This document shows positions 40,201-52,397 of a stretch of DNA of 64,000 nucleotides, in pieces. The notes beneath the pieces are model-generated. The model was not told where the DNA came from and ran no database searches. It worked only from the letters and a program-made list of their open reading frames with translations. The stretch's first letter is position 1, and each line of letters begins with the position of its first letter. Location of the stretch: contig NMRA01000371.1 in NCBI GenBank assembly GCA_002633005.1, forward strand, positions 382,011 to 446,010. The letters are read 5' to 3'. The translations under genes were made by a program, and so were the position numbers. This stretch comes from Phoronis australis. Its lineage: Eukaryota > Animalia > Phoronida.

Positions 40201-43200
40201 TATAGAATAGAACAGAATACACTTTATTCCAGACTCTGTAAAAACATACCATAGTTATTGTTGGACAAAACCAAGAGTTGGAATTCTGTCAGTTGAGAGT
40301 TCTTTAATTTTGCAGATTTGGAAATTAGGTTTTTGTCCTTTTTATTCCTGAAAACCCTGTTTGCATAGTTTAAAACATCTATGAATTTATTATTTGTGCA
40401 TCTCTGTTGATTTAAACCACTTACGATAATTGGCTTTTGCCAAACTGGAGATGATTTGAGGACCTTGAAAGAAGTGACATATGCATTTATTGCTTGAGAC
40501 CAGGCTGTACAAGTTGACTTGTCACAGTTTGTCATGTCATGTACCAAACATGGTCCCAAGGAATACTGGTCTTTCAGTTCTGTGCAAACCTAGAAATCAA
40601 TTCTCATCTCGGCAAGGAACACACTGAGACCAGTTGTACAGCACTAAGTGGGCTGAATCAAAATGTCATGGATGGTACACTGGTTTGTAACTACTTAAAA
40701 TAAATTATTTTGAGTCTTGGGATCTGTCATTGAGACCAACCTTTTTTGGTAAAATATGGGTTCAGAAATAGAGGGTGATAATTGTTTTATTTTTTCGATA
40801 TTTGAACTCAATCTTTTTTGTTGTTTTTCCTGCAGTTATGTTTCTACTTCTCCATTTTTATGTTCTCAAGTGATATGCAAACATTGCCTTATCCACGAAT
40901 ACTATTTTTTGTTTTGATATTAAATATTTTTTACTACATCTTCAATTTATCCATCACGTTACTTTGATTATCAATTTGTATGCAAAACACTACTAGAATG
41001 AACAATATTTGTGTTGCACTAATATCAGTAGACAAAAGATGCTGTATCTCCAGGGCTTTGAGTGTCACAACTATTGCCTGTATATATATTCGTTAATTTA
41101 ATGACCTTCTAAACAATACCTTCAGCATATAGTCTTCAGGGGTCCATTTTATGAAAGTTAGTTAAGACTTGAGACAGAAATTTGGTCTTATGCACCCACT
41201 TCACAGTGTCTGAATAAAAATTCACTCAAGTAATTATGAACACAGTCTAGATATAATTTATAGAAGTTGTCTCAGTTACTAGCAGTTATGTGTATATACT
41301 CGGAGACTTTGTACTTGTGCTCAAGTGGAATTTAATTTTTTTCAGAAATAGTTGTTTGGAGCGTAATACTTAAGACCGAATATCTGTCTTCAGTTTTAAA
41401 TCCCTTTTCATGAAACAGACCTCAGGATTTTGTCTCACTACTAGTTGGTGTTGTGTTATCCTGCAAGAGGTCACTAGTTGGTGTTTTGTTATCCTGCAAG
41501 AGGTCATTATTTGGTGTTGTGTTATCGTGAAAGAAGTCACTTGTTGGTGTTGTGTTATCCTGTAAGAGGTCCTCAGCAATATCGAACAGTGTCATGTTAC
41601 TTCTGCTGAAACTAATCTGTCACTGATACAGTACAAGTCAAAAGTATTCGAACAAAGTGACTGGTAATTCCCGGTCATAACAGCTGAATGAAAACTGAAT
41701 TCATTGTCAGAGTTGTCTCCCCTGATGATGGAGAATGAAGGGGAAATAACAGGACAGTTAGTCACATGACTGATCCAGAATTTTGCTGCCTTGCTAGTTA
41801 TTGCCAGTATTTTTCAACACGACAGGAAAATGGTATTTTGTCTGATTACTTTAGTCATGTACTGTGCATGTTTTGTCCTCGGGAACTGAAACTAGGGGTC
41901 AACACTTACAACTATGGTGTAACTTAAAATTAACCCTTTCCGTTCTGCACAACCTACGTAAACGATTCAGAATATTTTATTTGATGCATCTCTTGCAACA
42001 AAACATGAGTATGCCGGAAAAGTAAAAAAGAGTATTATTTTACCTACCTACCCACCCACCNNNNNNNNNNNNNNACCCACCCACCTACCCACCCACCCAC
42101 CTACCCACCCATTTCAAAGCACTGTGAGGATGATGCTAGAGGAAACAGAGTACGTCAGTGCTGTGACATTTGCTAACATATAACAAAGCAAATGTTAATT
42201 GATAAAGTGGGACCAAGTGTCTGTGCTGCCCTCTAGCTGTCATGCAAAACATCTTAGCAGGCCTTAGTGAACCCAGTTCAGTCTTACATTTGCTTAATAT
42301 TTATTTTTTTCACAAGTTGTTAACTTATTCTCTGCATTTGAGGTGATAATGAAATGTTATTCTATGGTGGTGAGTTAATATTGTTTACTCCCCGACCGCA
42401 GTTGACATGTTGGTATTCTGTTGTTTGTTTGTCAGGACGCAGCCAGGACCATCAGGGTGAGTGGCCTAGACTTACCTGAGGGTTGTGTTTCCTATGGTTT
42501 CTTTAAACAGTGTTCATCCCACCAGCCACTGTAATTCGGACTGAAACCTAGACATTGGGTTTATTTTGATATCATTCCCAAATCAATGCGACATGTGTTC
42601 ATAAATTAATTAAACTGGCAAATTTGGTGTTATATTTCTACAGTTCGTGATAAACAAAACTGCATGCTTGCAATGGCTATTTCAATGTCGTGCAATATGT
42701 TTTGCTTTTATCGTGTTGGAGATGAGCACTGTTTGTATTTCTCTTTCTCTGTTGATCCCAAACCCTGATCACTGGAACTTAAACTGGCTTGTTGTCAACG
42801 GAAGGCGATGAAAACTTGAAGTGTTGTTTTACACTAAACTACGGCACTTAACCTGTCAGGAGCCTTGGCAGTTACTGGACCTTTATTGTCATTACGATGA
42901 TTTATACCTAACAAGGTCTAAAATAGGGATTATGTATAAACAAATGAGACTGTCTGGCTTTACTACTTAAAACAACTTTTTAGTGAAACGGTGGCTTAAT
43001 TTACGACGCATCAATCATCAACGAAACAACTTTTTGTGAAACAAGCCCTTGTGCAAATGTCAGCAAAATACATTTCCAAACAGTTATTCCACGTTTTCAT
43101 TTTAACTTTTCATGACAAATTGGAAACATTATCAACCACTTGGTTACTCTCGAGTTTTGAATAGCCATATATATATATATACGATTATTTATTTCAGACT

Positions 43201-46200
43201 CTTTTCCCAGTCTACACGAAGCTTATTTAGGTGTCTGCGTTTATTAATTATAGATGGTTTTTCCACTCCTCCACAATTATTTGGTCATGATGAAATTCGG
43301 AGTTGGCTGTTTCTTACTCATTTCTTGAACACAATTTTGTTACTCAAAGTTGTTTTGAACACTGAGTTTCTAACCCTGGTTGCCTGAGTGAGAACTCACA
43401 GTCCTAACCACTAGACCACGAGACATTCCTAACAAATTAGCAATTTTAAAGATTATATACAATTCCACGGAAGTCTTGTGTAATAAGATGCACGTGAAAA
43501 AGATTTTATTCGCTAAGTATACAACTATACATTTTAAAGCTTAAATAATCGGGACTCCCAAGTATGTATTCTCATTAGTTATAGCAACAAACCCATCGTA
43601 TATATATATACCTGGTTGCCCAATGAAAAGTTGTAAGTAACTTATAAGACTTGTCAGCTGATTCATGCACAATTAGCCATGCCAGTTTGCTTCCGTCGCA
43701 CACATTTTACATTTGACGCAAATTTGTAATCAATTTACTCCAGTCTATACTATTTTTAAAGTTCCACAATTTTGCCATATAAACCATTGATTCCATTTCT
43801 AAGCTATTATTATTTTTTTTCGCAAATTTCCAGTCTATACTATATTCTACTCTTCTAGTGGCAAAAATTTCTGGTCTATACTATTATTGCTGTCTCTATA
43901 ACTATTCAGAACTCTAGAGTATAAACCAATACTTGGTAGAGGTTTCACAAACCTACATGTACAGGTACTTACTTTAACATGTAATTTTTACACAGATGTT
44001 CATGTGCTTGAAGGTTTACTGAAACTTGCTGGCATATTTTTATGTTATGACAGCTAGGAGCTGAATTGGTATAATTAGTTTACAAAACTGTAGTGCAGGG
44101 TTAGCTGTGCCATGGTGGTGTTATGGTCATCAGGGTCGTAGCAGGGGTATGTGAGACATATGCTATCCTCACGAATTTTGAGAGGGGTCTGCAAATAATG
44201 ACCGAAGGCTGAGACATGAAATGACCAGGTGGGATGAAAGTGGCTGTGACTTGGTGGATTAATCCTGAAATTTGTGACGGAGTGAGGAGTCAAAGTGGTG
44301 ACACCCGATAGTGAAAATGGAATTCAGAATTTGATGAGTTTGGATAGTTGATTCTTCCTGCGCCCTTAGTAATCTTTACCTTCCACCGGTGAATCCAAGA
44401 TGTTGGAAGGGAGCACATACAACTTCTTAAGGATGTATCCGTGTCCCTGCCCCTGACAAAAATACCTAACTCTAGCGCTGTTTTGTGTCATCGGTGGTAG
44501 CTTTTGTGGATGTCAGGAACATTTTGCTGACATAGGTTTGAGTATTTTGATGTGAAATGGCTGGTTCTGCCTGGGAGCTGAAAGGTGCCATTTGATCGAC
44601 ATCTTCAGAAGCTGGAAATTAAGTGAACTGAAAAAGGATATTAATATGGCTTTCTTCTTTTTACAATATTTGAGCCCTGAGCAATTATTTGCTTGTTTAG
44701 GATGTCATTTTGACATTTTGGTCCCAGTCAAATAAAATTAAAATGCCAAAATTAAGGGCACTAATAAAAGTATTTCCACCCCCTAATTATTTGAATTCCC
44801 CAATTTGGTGCCAGAGTGTATCCCGTCTTGCCATCTTGTGGATATTTAGTGAAACAGTGAGCTGTACAGCACAAGACTCGGTATACCGTGCTATACACTG
44901 CACTTCAACTACATGACTACACTATGCTATACATTCACAAGAGAATATTGTGCTGTACTTCAACTACAAGACTCCGTATACTGTGCTTTTGATAGCTGCA
45001 CTTCAACCACAAGACTGTCCATACTGTGCTATACAGCTGCACTTTAACTACAGGACTACACTTACCGTACGTGGTAAACATACACTGCACTTTAACTGCA
45101 GGACTACATTTACCGTTCGTGGTAAACATACACTGCACTTAGCTACGAGATTGTATATCCTGCTTCATATACTCATGACTATACCCTTACTATACATTTA
45201 ACAAAGCTTATCCTCCTGTTGATATAATTTGCCCCAATTCTCCCTGACCATTGTTAATCTCTGTTGTTGTTGTTGTTGTTGTTGTTGTTGTCGTCATGAT
45301 AACAATGTTTATAAGCCCAGAATGGTGTCCAATGTATGTTACTCATCCAGTTATGACATAATGCAAAACAAAAAATAAATCAATTTCAGGACTTACTTTA
45401 TATAAATGATGACATGGTATCCCCATCTTGAAGACAGTCTGTATAAGTCTCCGAGATGCGGATGCTTTGTTATCATTTATATAATTTAAAAGTCTAGAAA
45501 TTGATTTAGTTTTGTTTTACATCTTCCTGCATGTAGTTGGTCTACCTTGAACAACTCTCATTTCTGAATCTCATCTTGTCATAACATGCTTACTTTCCTA
45601 GACTAATGTAACCATGGATACTTGAGAATGTTCAAGTTTGTGTTGGGAAAGAACGCAATATGTACCCCTGTGATAGGCCCTGAATTAACAAAAAAGCTAC
45701 ACCTGAAGTTAAATTTGTCTTTCACTCTTCTGCTGCAAGTCGCGTACGGTAAAGTTTCTTCAAAATAGGGTGGAACGATGAAATTTTATTTTCTGAAACT
45801 TTTCAAAAAAGCATGAACAAGGAAATGATTTTACATAATTATTCAAAAAGTTTATACGTATAGCATGACTGCCATCAAGAAACAATGAAATTTTGAACAT
45901 TTTTGGCAACACAGTAAACTTTTGAAAAACAAAAAATAACAGTTTTTGTCATTATAATTCTTTTAGGAAACTTTACTGTATTATGTTTAGTAATTATTTT
46001 ATTGTGAGTAAACTTACAATGTATGTACGTACTCCCCAGCACTAACAACTTCTGTGGGTGTCAGGTTTGCCCAAAAATTAAGTTGGTTTTCTTCTTATCA
46101 TTAATAATGCTTGAATATCAAGTTAAATAATATGCTTCTGATGTGTGGAATGTTTGATTGCTGATTATGAGCTCTTCGATTTTATTCCAGCTCTGACATG

Positions 46201-46359
46201 TCCACCTTCAACTTTGGCAAGTTGCCCAGACTAGTGCAGGACAAGTCCACTCTGCGTGATAGTCCAACATGGCAGCCTCCACCCGTAGCAGCCATGCCAG
46301 CACCAGTGTACATGGGTGATACATCGTTTGATGTGAACATCAACTCATCATACGCGTGA
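16211..46359 (+). CDS. Anoctamin/TMEM16-family membrane protein (Ca2+-activated channel/scramblase family), multi-exon, about 983 aa
   Basis: Phase-consistent GT-AG exons: 16211-16576 (IDYVLV, FSKLHVPFSRLCKEAERVNLRMP), 16930-17008, 19339-19439, 20775-20877, 21434-21773 (AFTLHD, YQPMWKVRNYFGEKIAFYFAW), 22240-22326, 22817-22911, 23990-24201 (LEVWKRK...EWD...RPQY), 25191-25383 (KLTDW), 25873-25982 or 31032-31141 (ENHRTQTDYDDALIIKLFAFQFANNYSSLFYIAF), 27627-27778 or 32790-32941, 28728-28911 or 33370-33553 (EYTEKVIQYG), 34040-34169 (PIAPLIALL...DAKR...RRP...AQDIG), 35299-35438 (SNAFII, FE), 36433-36513 or 37441-37521, 37980-38185, 38934-39052, 40021-40084, 42436-42456 (tentative), 46191-46359. The last four exons are less certain. 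No specific vertebrate ortholog is assigned. Confidence 0.93.
19617..20654 (+). mobile_element. Decayed THAP-containing DNA transposon remnant in an anoctamin intron
   Basis: 19617-19727 reads MPMKCYCCAADCNSNMRKFDKLDKYLWMHDVKFFAF*, resembling a THAP N-terminus. A possible right end is ggtgacatggcccttttaa; boundaries are uncertain. Confidence 0.45.
22988..23132. repeat. 13-bp minisatellite
   Basis: About 11 copies of gtggcactgtacc. Confidence 0.95.
24860..25098. repeat. Inverted repeat with degenerate hammerhead-like motifs (Penelope pLTR-like)
   Basis: The left arm on the minus strand reads cctaaacgaagcgccctagatgggctcgaaagctaggctcttg. The right arm on the plus strand reads ttgatgaagaacccaaaatgagcttgaaagctacagctcttg. 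Confidence 0.5.
25104..25199 (+). repeat. 31-bp x3 tandem repeat spanning a splice acceptor
   Basis: Unit gtatttggatacattcttgttacagatactg; the last copy supplies the in-frame acceptor at 25191. Confidence 0.93.
27797..28281. mobile_element. hAT-like MITE with 6-bp TSD, present in one copy of the duplication only
   Basis: Perfect 13-bp TIR cagggcttggaat/attccaagccctg with ttgttt on both sides. The empty site gatattgtttaaattc is seen at about 32950-32965. Confidence 0.9.
28636..28736 (+). repeat. 33-bp x3 tandem repeat spanning a splice acceptor
   Basis: Unit gttacctgtgtgtacattttatagatttataaa; a single copy is present at the equivalent site near 33346-33378. Confidence 0.93.
29314..29715. repeat. 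39-bp minisatellite
   Basis: About 10 copies of atgattgtgtagcaccctaatgtactcattgttattgta, running into the N. Fewer than 2 copies occur at 33961-34024. Confidence 0.95.
29717..30955. repeat. 34-bp minisatellite, highly homogeneous
   Basis: About 36 copies of gaggcaccccattgctttgtatgatggccaccag. About 2 copies occur at 25723-25797. Confidence 0.97.
35965..36275. repeat. Dispersed repeat, related copy at about 59545-59850
   Basis: Shared acgtgt.ctttt.acaaactattcaa..atatgctattt, ataacaccagc and acataggattctt.tca.gaacc. Confidence 0.6.
36433..36513 (+). CDS. Anoctamin TM10 exon, variant a
   Basis: tag|CAC...AGG|gtaact, 81 nt, phase 0-0, HVIFGVKYTIHVAVPDIPQDVKLSIRR. Confidence 0.85.
37032..37355. 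repeat. 29-bp minisatellite between the two TM10 exons
   Basis: About 11 copies of atgcatatcacatcagttctacaagcctt. Confidence 0.95.
37441..37521 (+). CDS. Anoctamin TM10 exon, variant b
   Basis: cag|CAC...AGG|gtaagt, 81 nt, phase 0-0, HVVFGLKYLIEIAIPDVPSDVRLAMRR. Confidence 0.88.
38191..38363. repeat. 14-bp minisatellite
   Basis: About 12 copies of atgcatacagtgat directly after a splice donor. Confidence 0.93.
38863..38958 (+). repeat. 50-bp x2 tandem duplication spanning a splice acceptor
   Basis: gtgattgtaattatttcaagggtgtctcctgaagt(c/t)agtctgtac occurs twice. Confidence 0.9.
41138..41425. mobile_element. MITE with imperfect TIRs
   Basis: ggggtccattttatgaaag...gagacagaaatttggtctta pairs with taagaccgaatatctgtctt...ctttttcatgaaacagacctc. 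A related short element lies at about 49950-50090. Confidence 0.6.
41441..41572. repeat. 33-bp minisatellite
   Basis: 4 copies of ctagttggtgttgtgttatcctgcaagaggtca. Confidence 0.85.
42043..42110. repeat. (ACCC/ACCT)n microsatellite containing an assembly gap
   Basis: Tetranucleotide repeat interrupted by 14 Ns. Confidence 0.9.
43145..43921. mobile_element. TA-flanked MITE (Tc1/pogo-like)
   Basis: TIRs tactctcgagttttgaatag / ctattcagaactctagagta. A related right end (gtctatactattattgctg...gaactcaagagta) lies at about 8972-9018. Confidence 0.55.
43358..43424 (-). pseudogene. Degenerate tRNA-Glu-like sequence
   Basis: The minus strand reads gtggtctagtggttaggactgtgagttctcactcaggcaaccagggttagaaactcag. 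The D-arm and TCTCAC loop resemble tRNA-Glu(CTC), but the B-box is broken. Confidence 0.45.
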
Positions 46360-48481
46360 TCTGTCTGCGGGTTTGGGAAGTCATCATTGAAAATTAATTC
46401 AAACAAAAAGAATTGAAAATTTTCCAATTTTAAATGGTGACTTAACTTTGCTTTAAGTAGCTAAAAATTTTCATGTTCTTTGAGAACAGTTATAGTTATG
46501 ATAATTACAATTGTACAAAATTCCTAATGTTACATTTTGATGAAAATGTCGATAAAGTCAAAATTTTTCACCCCTAGTGTGTGCTAAATAGGTAAACAAT
46601 CATACATCATACATTAAAAGCCTTTATGTTGAGTGGACCAAATCGAAATTAAAAAAAATGTTTTCTTCACTTGTGTGAAAGTCGGATTGTGCTTTGGCAA
46701 TTGAGCTTTGGTTGAGGTGAAGCAGTGGGCCTGTGAGTCTCAACAATGGAGCCAGTGGCGGACTCAGGATTTTGTCAAGGGGATACAAGAGGCTTTTCTT
46801 CCTATTTTTGTTTTTGGACTCTTTCTGTTAGTTTTCTGTTTCCTCTTGCTTTAAGTGTGCTGGCTAATTTGTTAGTTTTGTAAGTGTCCACAAGGTAGCA
46901 CTATTTTGTGCTGTGTGTTAACACAAGGCAACACAGAGGTATACATTTTGTATCACCAGCCACTCCTTGATATTACCAGTGATGTGTCTTTGCTAATGCA
47001 ATGGAGCATGTATAAATCATCTACTAGGTTTCAATACTCTGGAAATTAAGCCATTCAATCACTTTGACCAGACTGCTGTGGTAGTGTTTGGCCAGTGTTT
47101 ATTTGTTTACCTCATATCAGAAACTTTGTGAGATTCTTGCCTCATTGAATGGTTCACTGTGCTTATAAACAGTGATCCTACAAATCACAAGTCTGTTCAA
47201 GCTAGGTGAACCATAGTGAGACATGCTTAGGTTTACTGCTTGTAGGCTACCACTACTATCAATGCATAATTCAGTTGAGTACTATTTACCAATAGTTGAA
47301 TCAATATGTTTTAACAACTGAAAAGGAATTGCATCTCAACAACGTCTGGCCTCGAAGACAAATTTTACAGAGTGAGATTCTTGTTATGGGCTGGTGTTTG
47401 ATATCAAAGCCAGTTATACGTTACTGTTCATGAAATGTAACAGTTTCTAATTCTACCTGTGTACTGTATTGTTAAAAGGATACCAAACTCAATTTTGGCC
47501 AGAAACTAAGTACGTAAAGCTCTTTTATTCTTTAAAATAGAATAATACTCTCCTTCGGCAACCATAAATGTCTACGACATCACCAACTGTGACTTACAGT
47601 TTAGACAAGGTACACAAGTGTGGTCACATCTATCCTTGGTGGGTGTAAGCGCCATCTTTGGGTGAGGTCACCAAAATAGTTTGACATCCTTTCAAATTGT
47701 ACAAGATTTGTTATGCCTATTAGGAAATGTGTTATTTTGTAATCTGTGTTAAAGATTTATTTAGTTTGTGTCAGTAATGGGTGTGTTTTATATTTGATGT
47801 TTACTTAAAAGGGTCCAAACATTAGAAAACTGAGTTTTTATTGATTGTTGAACATTTTAAATTTTTTTCACAACACATTCCTGCCTTGTTAGTGATAAGT
47901 TTTATTCCTCACTTAAAAATCGTGATTGTTAAGGATATTTTTTAAAAAAAATTTCGTAGTTTTGTAATTGTTATTCATGAATTACCATACAGATTTCTAT
48001 AGTTCGTTGCAAACTTAATAGTTAAAAGCTTGTTTTTATTTTTTAATTGGTTTAATTTTCATGTGTTTTAGTTTTTGTAAGTGTACAGACTAGTTATTTT
48101 TTTCTTGGTGATGCTCATGTCCCCGTGATCATTGACTCTGCAAAAAGGTATAAACAACCTTGAACCAGGTGACAGTGCAATTGTCCCACCTGGTACAACG
48201 CATACCAGACCGTCTGCTATTATTTTTTTTAACATCCTGCTTAAATTTATAATGGATTTTAAGAGTGGACACGGAGAAATCGGTGGTTGTGGTGTAGTTT
48301 GATATTTGTTAATAAGTTTTGTTTTTACCAAACTGAGTCTGTTTAAACTAAGACTTTACTATTTTTGTAATTTCTTTAATTTTTTGTAAAATATCTCTTA
48401 ATAGAACATTTATTATGACCAGAAATATTTGTGCAGTAATTGATGAGGATCAGTGATCAACTTTTATATTGCAGTATGTGA

Positions 48482-48612
48482 AATAAATTATGAATAAATC
48501 TATGTAATTAAAACCCTTGTCTTGTGCGATATTTGGAGATGCAAAACATTGGAGATGCAGGACATCGGCAAATTACAAAATGATCACATTTTTTTAACTC
48601 AATAAATTTATT
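48482..48612. terminator. Convergent polyadenylation signals of the anoctamin and AnmK-like genes
   Basis: AATAAA on plus at 48482, 48494 and 48601, and on minus at 48612-48607. T-rich composition switches to A-rich across this point. Confidence 0.5.
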
Positions 48613-51600
48613 AAAGCTTTGTTCTCGACAAAAAGAACTGCAATATGCACATGCACAATATTTTCATAACTGCATGCAAAATTATAGATCATAAATACAA
48701 CCCAACTAACTCAACTAACCCAAATCAAACATCTTCGAACTTGACAAGTCTACTAGTTGTCTGTCCTAGCGACTCCATATTGTCTACGTCTTTGGAACCA
48801 GTGCCATTTAAAGTTATATTGAGTGCTGCTTTGGAGGATCAAAAATGCCAAATATAACACTGTCTTATGGAACCCCTTCATGGCTACAGCATAACCATGA
48901 GAAACAAGAAGTGTGAAATCTACTTCATTTCACAACTTAATTTTTGCAACGCATTGCAAAATCAAATCTAAACATCCGAAAATCTACTTTTTAAAAGTGA
49001 AATGGGATGTCCCAAGGTAATAGCCAGATTGCCAAAACAGTACTGAATATACGTAGCTTGAATTTCTGTATGTTTTCAGTTAACAGCTTTCAACATTCAT
49101 GAAGTGACGAACAAGGGAAGTGACTTCACAGCATTTCTCCCACTTCCAACAGCACCATCTTCCTAACCACAGAAACATTTCACAATAACATTTCAAAAAC
49201 TGCTACGGCATATGAACATAGCCATGAAATCAATTGACAATCAATTGCCTTAATAGTGAAGTGAAAATTATAGCACTAAGTGTTGAGAGAAATGGAAGGA
49301 GAGGCAACCTATTACTTTGACCGTATGGTTGTGGGAAAAGCTTTCCTAACCCCTAGATTTCAACATTTTTAAAGTTGTCATTTCATGTTTTTCTACTTTC
49401 TCAAACACAAAATTCTGTTAATTTCAATCAGATCTCATGAAAAACCGTTGCCACAATTCTTGTGGACCACAGCCTCATATTCCTCACACCAGACAACCAA
49501 AATTTCTTTGTAACAAGACTGATGACCAATTTTCAAAAGTTGCCATTCTGCAGACTTCACAAGAATGGAACACAAAGGTATCGCTACTTTGGCATCAAAC
49601 TTGTGAGATGAAAAGAACAGATGAGACAGCTGCAATGTTGATCTCTATTGCTTTACTAACACGCATTGTCGACACTTAAAAATCAAAAACAAAATTAGTC
49701 AAATAATTCATAACTGCATATTTTTCGGGGTCACCACAAAGCCCAGCTTGACTTAGACAAAACAAAGCCCGGTGACACTTATGGATTCTATCATGAATAA
49801 ACTGGCAAGCTACTGCACAGAACAAAGAATGTTGTAGCTATCAAAATTGGACTATTCCAAATCTCACAAGCTGGAACTTGATTGACGTGTCCTATATCTA
49901 GTAGTTTGAGCTATTGTGAATTGAAACATTCTATAAACCATCCAAACCAAGGCTCTGATTCATGAAACTATTTTAGTCTTAACTTAGACGGAAATAACAA
50001 TGGTGTCATTCCATTACATGCCATGTTGCGTTTGTTGTCGTCATGACAACGATCAAGCTTGAGACTTTAACTTTCATGAAAGGGAGCCCAGAAAATGTAA
50101 AACATGCTTTGTACATCAAATATTCAAATTAAAACAACTTTACGGTAAATTTCACCAATTTTGAACACCATATGGCAGACAAAAGAAAATTATTTTTCAT
50201 GACCGGTAAACAGCACCAAATAAATGCCTTATCTTTCCATACCAAACCAACCATCAGAAGCAATGCTAGAAGCCTTTCAACTATGAAGATTCAATTTTTG
50301 CAATTATTTTTCTTCAAAATTGGTTAATTTTACCGTAATACCACATATATAGAACACAGGCAGATCCAGGGGGTCAAGGGGGTCTGGACCCCCCTTTTCC
50401 CTTGATTTTTGTGATATCAAATCTAGAATTTTCAAATCGTTAACTTGGACCCCCCTTCTTAAAACATCCTAAATCCGACACCCCCCTGTATAATTATATA
50501 CTACATTTGAAAAGTCATGGTTCATTCATGTTTATTTGCATCAATAGCTATCCCTGAAACCCACTAGGGGTCATTGCTTTCCTCACAACAAAAGGAAATT
50601 TTAATTGTGTAAAAATAAAAGTGAGCAAACAAATGACCATAAAATGACATGGCTAACAAACTCTTGATGAAAAAGAGGAATCTGCAAATATCAAAAAAAC
50701 ACGCAAACATTTCAAAAATCAACAAAATAGTTTTTAAAGACACTTTAAGTTATGTAGGCATCAACCCAGCTATCTAATGTACACCAACCAGTGCCTAATC
50801 ATTTGAACACATACCTGCTTTGAGCAAGATGAGTTACATAATCGCAGGTAACCACACAACTTGTACCTATGAGGTACTTTACAATAACAGACAGTGAAGT
50901 TTTTCATGTTTTGAACAATGAGAGCATGGGAAGAGATTTTCATTTAAAAAGCTGCTACAAACATTCCTTCATGAAAAAACGACTGAAATTTGATTCAGAC
51001 GAATTCCCAACATCATCGATATCAAATATCGCCTGAGATTAAAAATTTTTAGACTTGGTAAGAACAGGGCATTCTGTCATTGCTGGAGAACAGGTTCAAT
51101 ATGTTTTCTCGTAACAGTGGATCATTTTGTTCCCTGGGCATGATCGTAAGAAATAAATTGGCCATTTTTTCTCAAACGCAAACACTACATATCCTCCCAA
51201 TAAGGACTAACTACGACCAGTTAGTTAACAGAAGGCGAGGTTCATAGCAGCTTAGAGGTTATGTAAGACCTTAGAAAAATTTCAATCTTGGCCAACTTCA
51301 GAACATCATATGTCAGAAATGACTGACCAGATTCACACGAAACTTTCAGGCATCAAGCTTCATGCACAGGTTGCAAAACGACATTAGAAATTGTAATTTA
51401 AATGTTCCGGTTTTGCATGGGATTTTATTGAAAAAATAAGGCGTATGATTTCACGACAAAACATTAAGCTGCACAAAATGAAAAATAAAAAACGCAACAA
51501 CAATTTTGAAATCTTATCATGAAGATTTACATCATACGAAACATGCTAAGATCCCGCTGTTTTTGCTGAGTGTACCTTTCTTTTTCACTAAATTTTACTT

Positions 51601-52260
51601 AAAATCATAGTTACATGTCTGACCTTATAAACGACAGAGAGGCATAAACTCAAAAATCAAATTCTACAGAATTTCTACTTTCAGAAACATATACTTTTGC
51701 AGACTTAAAATTCTAGGTTTTGCAGACATTTGGCTAAAATAGTCTTGTCCAAAACGTCTTACATTAAATCGTAACTCAACAATAGTCAACACTCAACACA
51801 GAACAACAAAATAAACTGGCTATTTGCACCAACCTTCTCAACAACACATGGAAGTCAATATTTGGTGATCTCTATGTAAGTACTGTTCATATCAGTGTGT
51901 GGGAGCACGACCACAGAGAGCATGTAGCTGTCTATCTGCACTGATCCTTTCTTTCACCGTGCAGTAGAGTGGTCGACATACAATGAAAGAGCTTTGAAAG
52001 GCTTTCATTCAATGCACTTTCAAAATCTAGGATATCTGTGAAGAACTCCAACCAACACTTTTGTCAATTATCATTCACAAACAAAGACATTGGTTTGTTG
52101 AAAAAATACTAGATCATGGCACAAGAATTTCACTTGATACTACATCTCGTTCAAAATTCATGAAACGAAACAATAAATTAACAACTAGACATCAAAAGCA
52201 GCCGGCATCTAACATTACAAAAAACATTCAGACAAGTTCTATTCCAACCATAAATACGTA

Positions 52261-52397
52261 TCAAATATGCTACGCAGTTGACTCAAATAGAATCTCTCAC
52301 CCAATCAAATATGCTGCGTAGTTGACTCAAATAGAATCTCTCACCCAATCAAATATGCTGCGTAGTTGACTCAAATAGAATCTCTCACCCAATCAAA
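52261..52397. repeat. 44-bp x3 tandem repeat overlapping the AnmK-like stop codon
   Basis: Unit tcaaatatgctgcgtagttgactcaaatagaatctctcacccaa. Confidence 0.93.
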
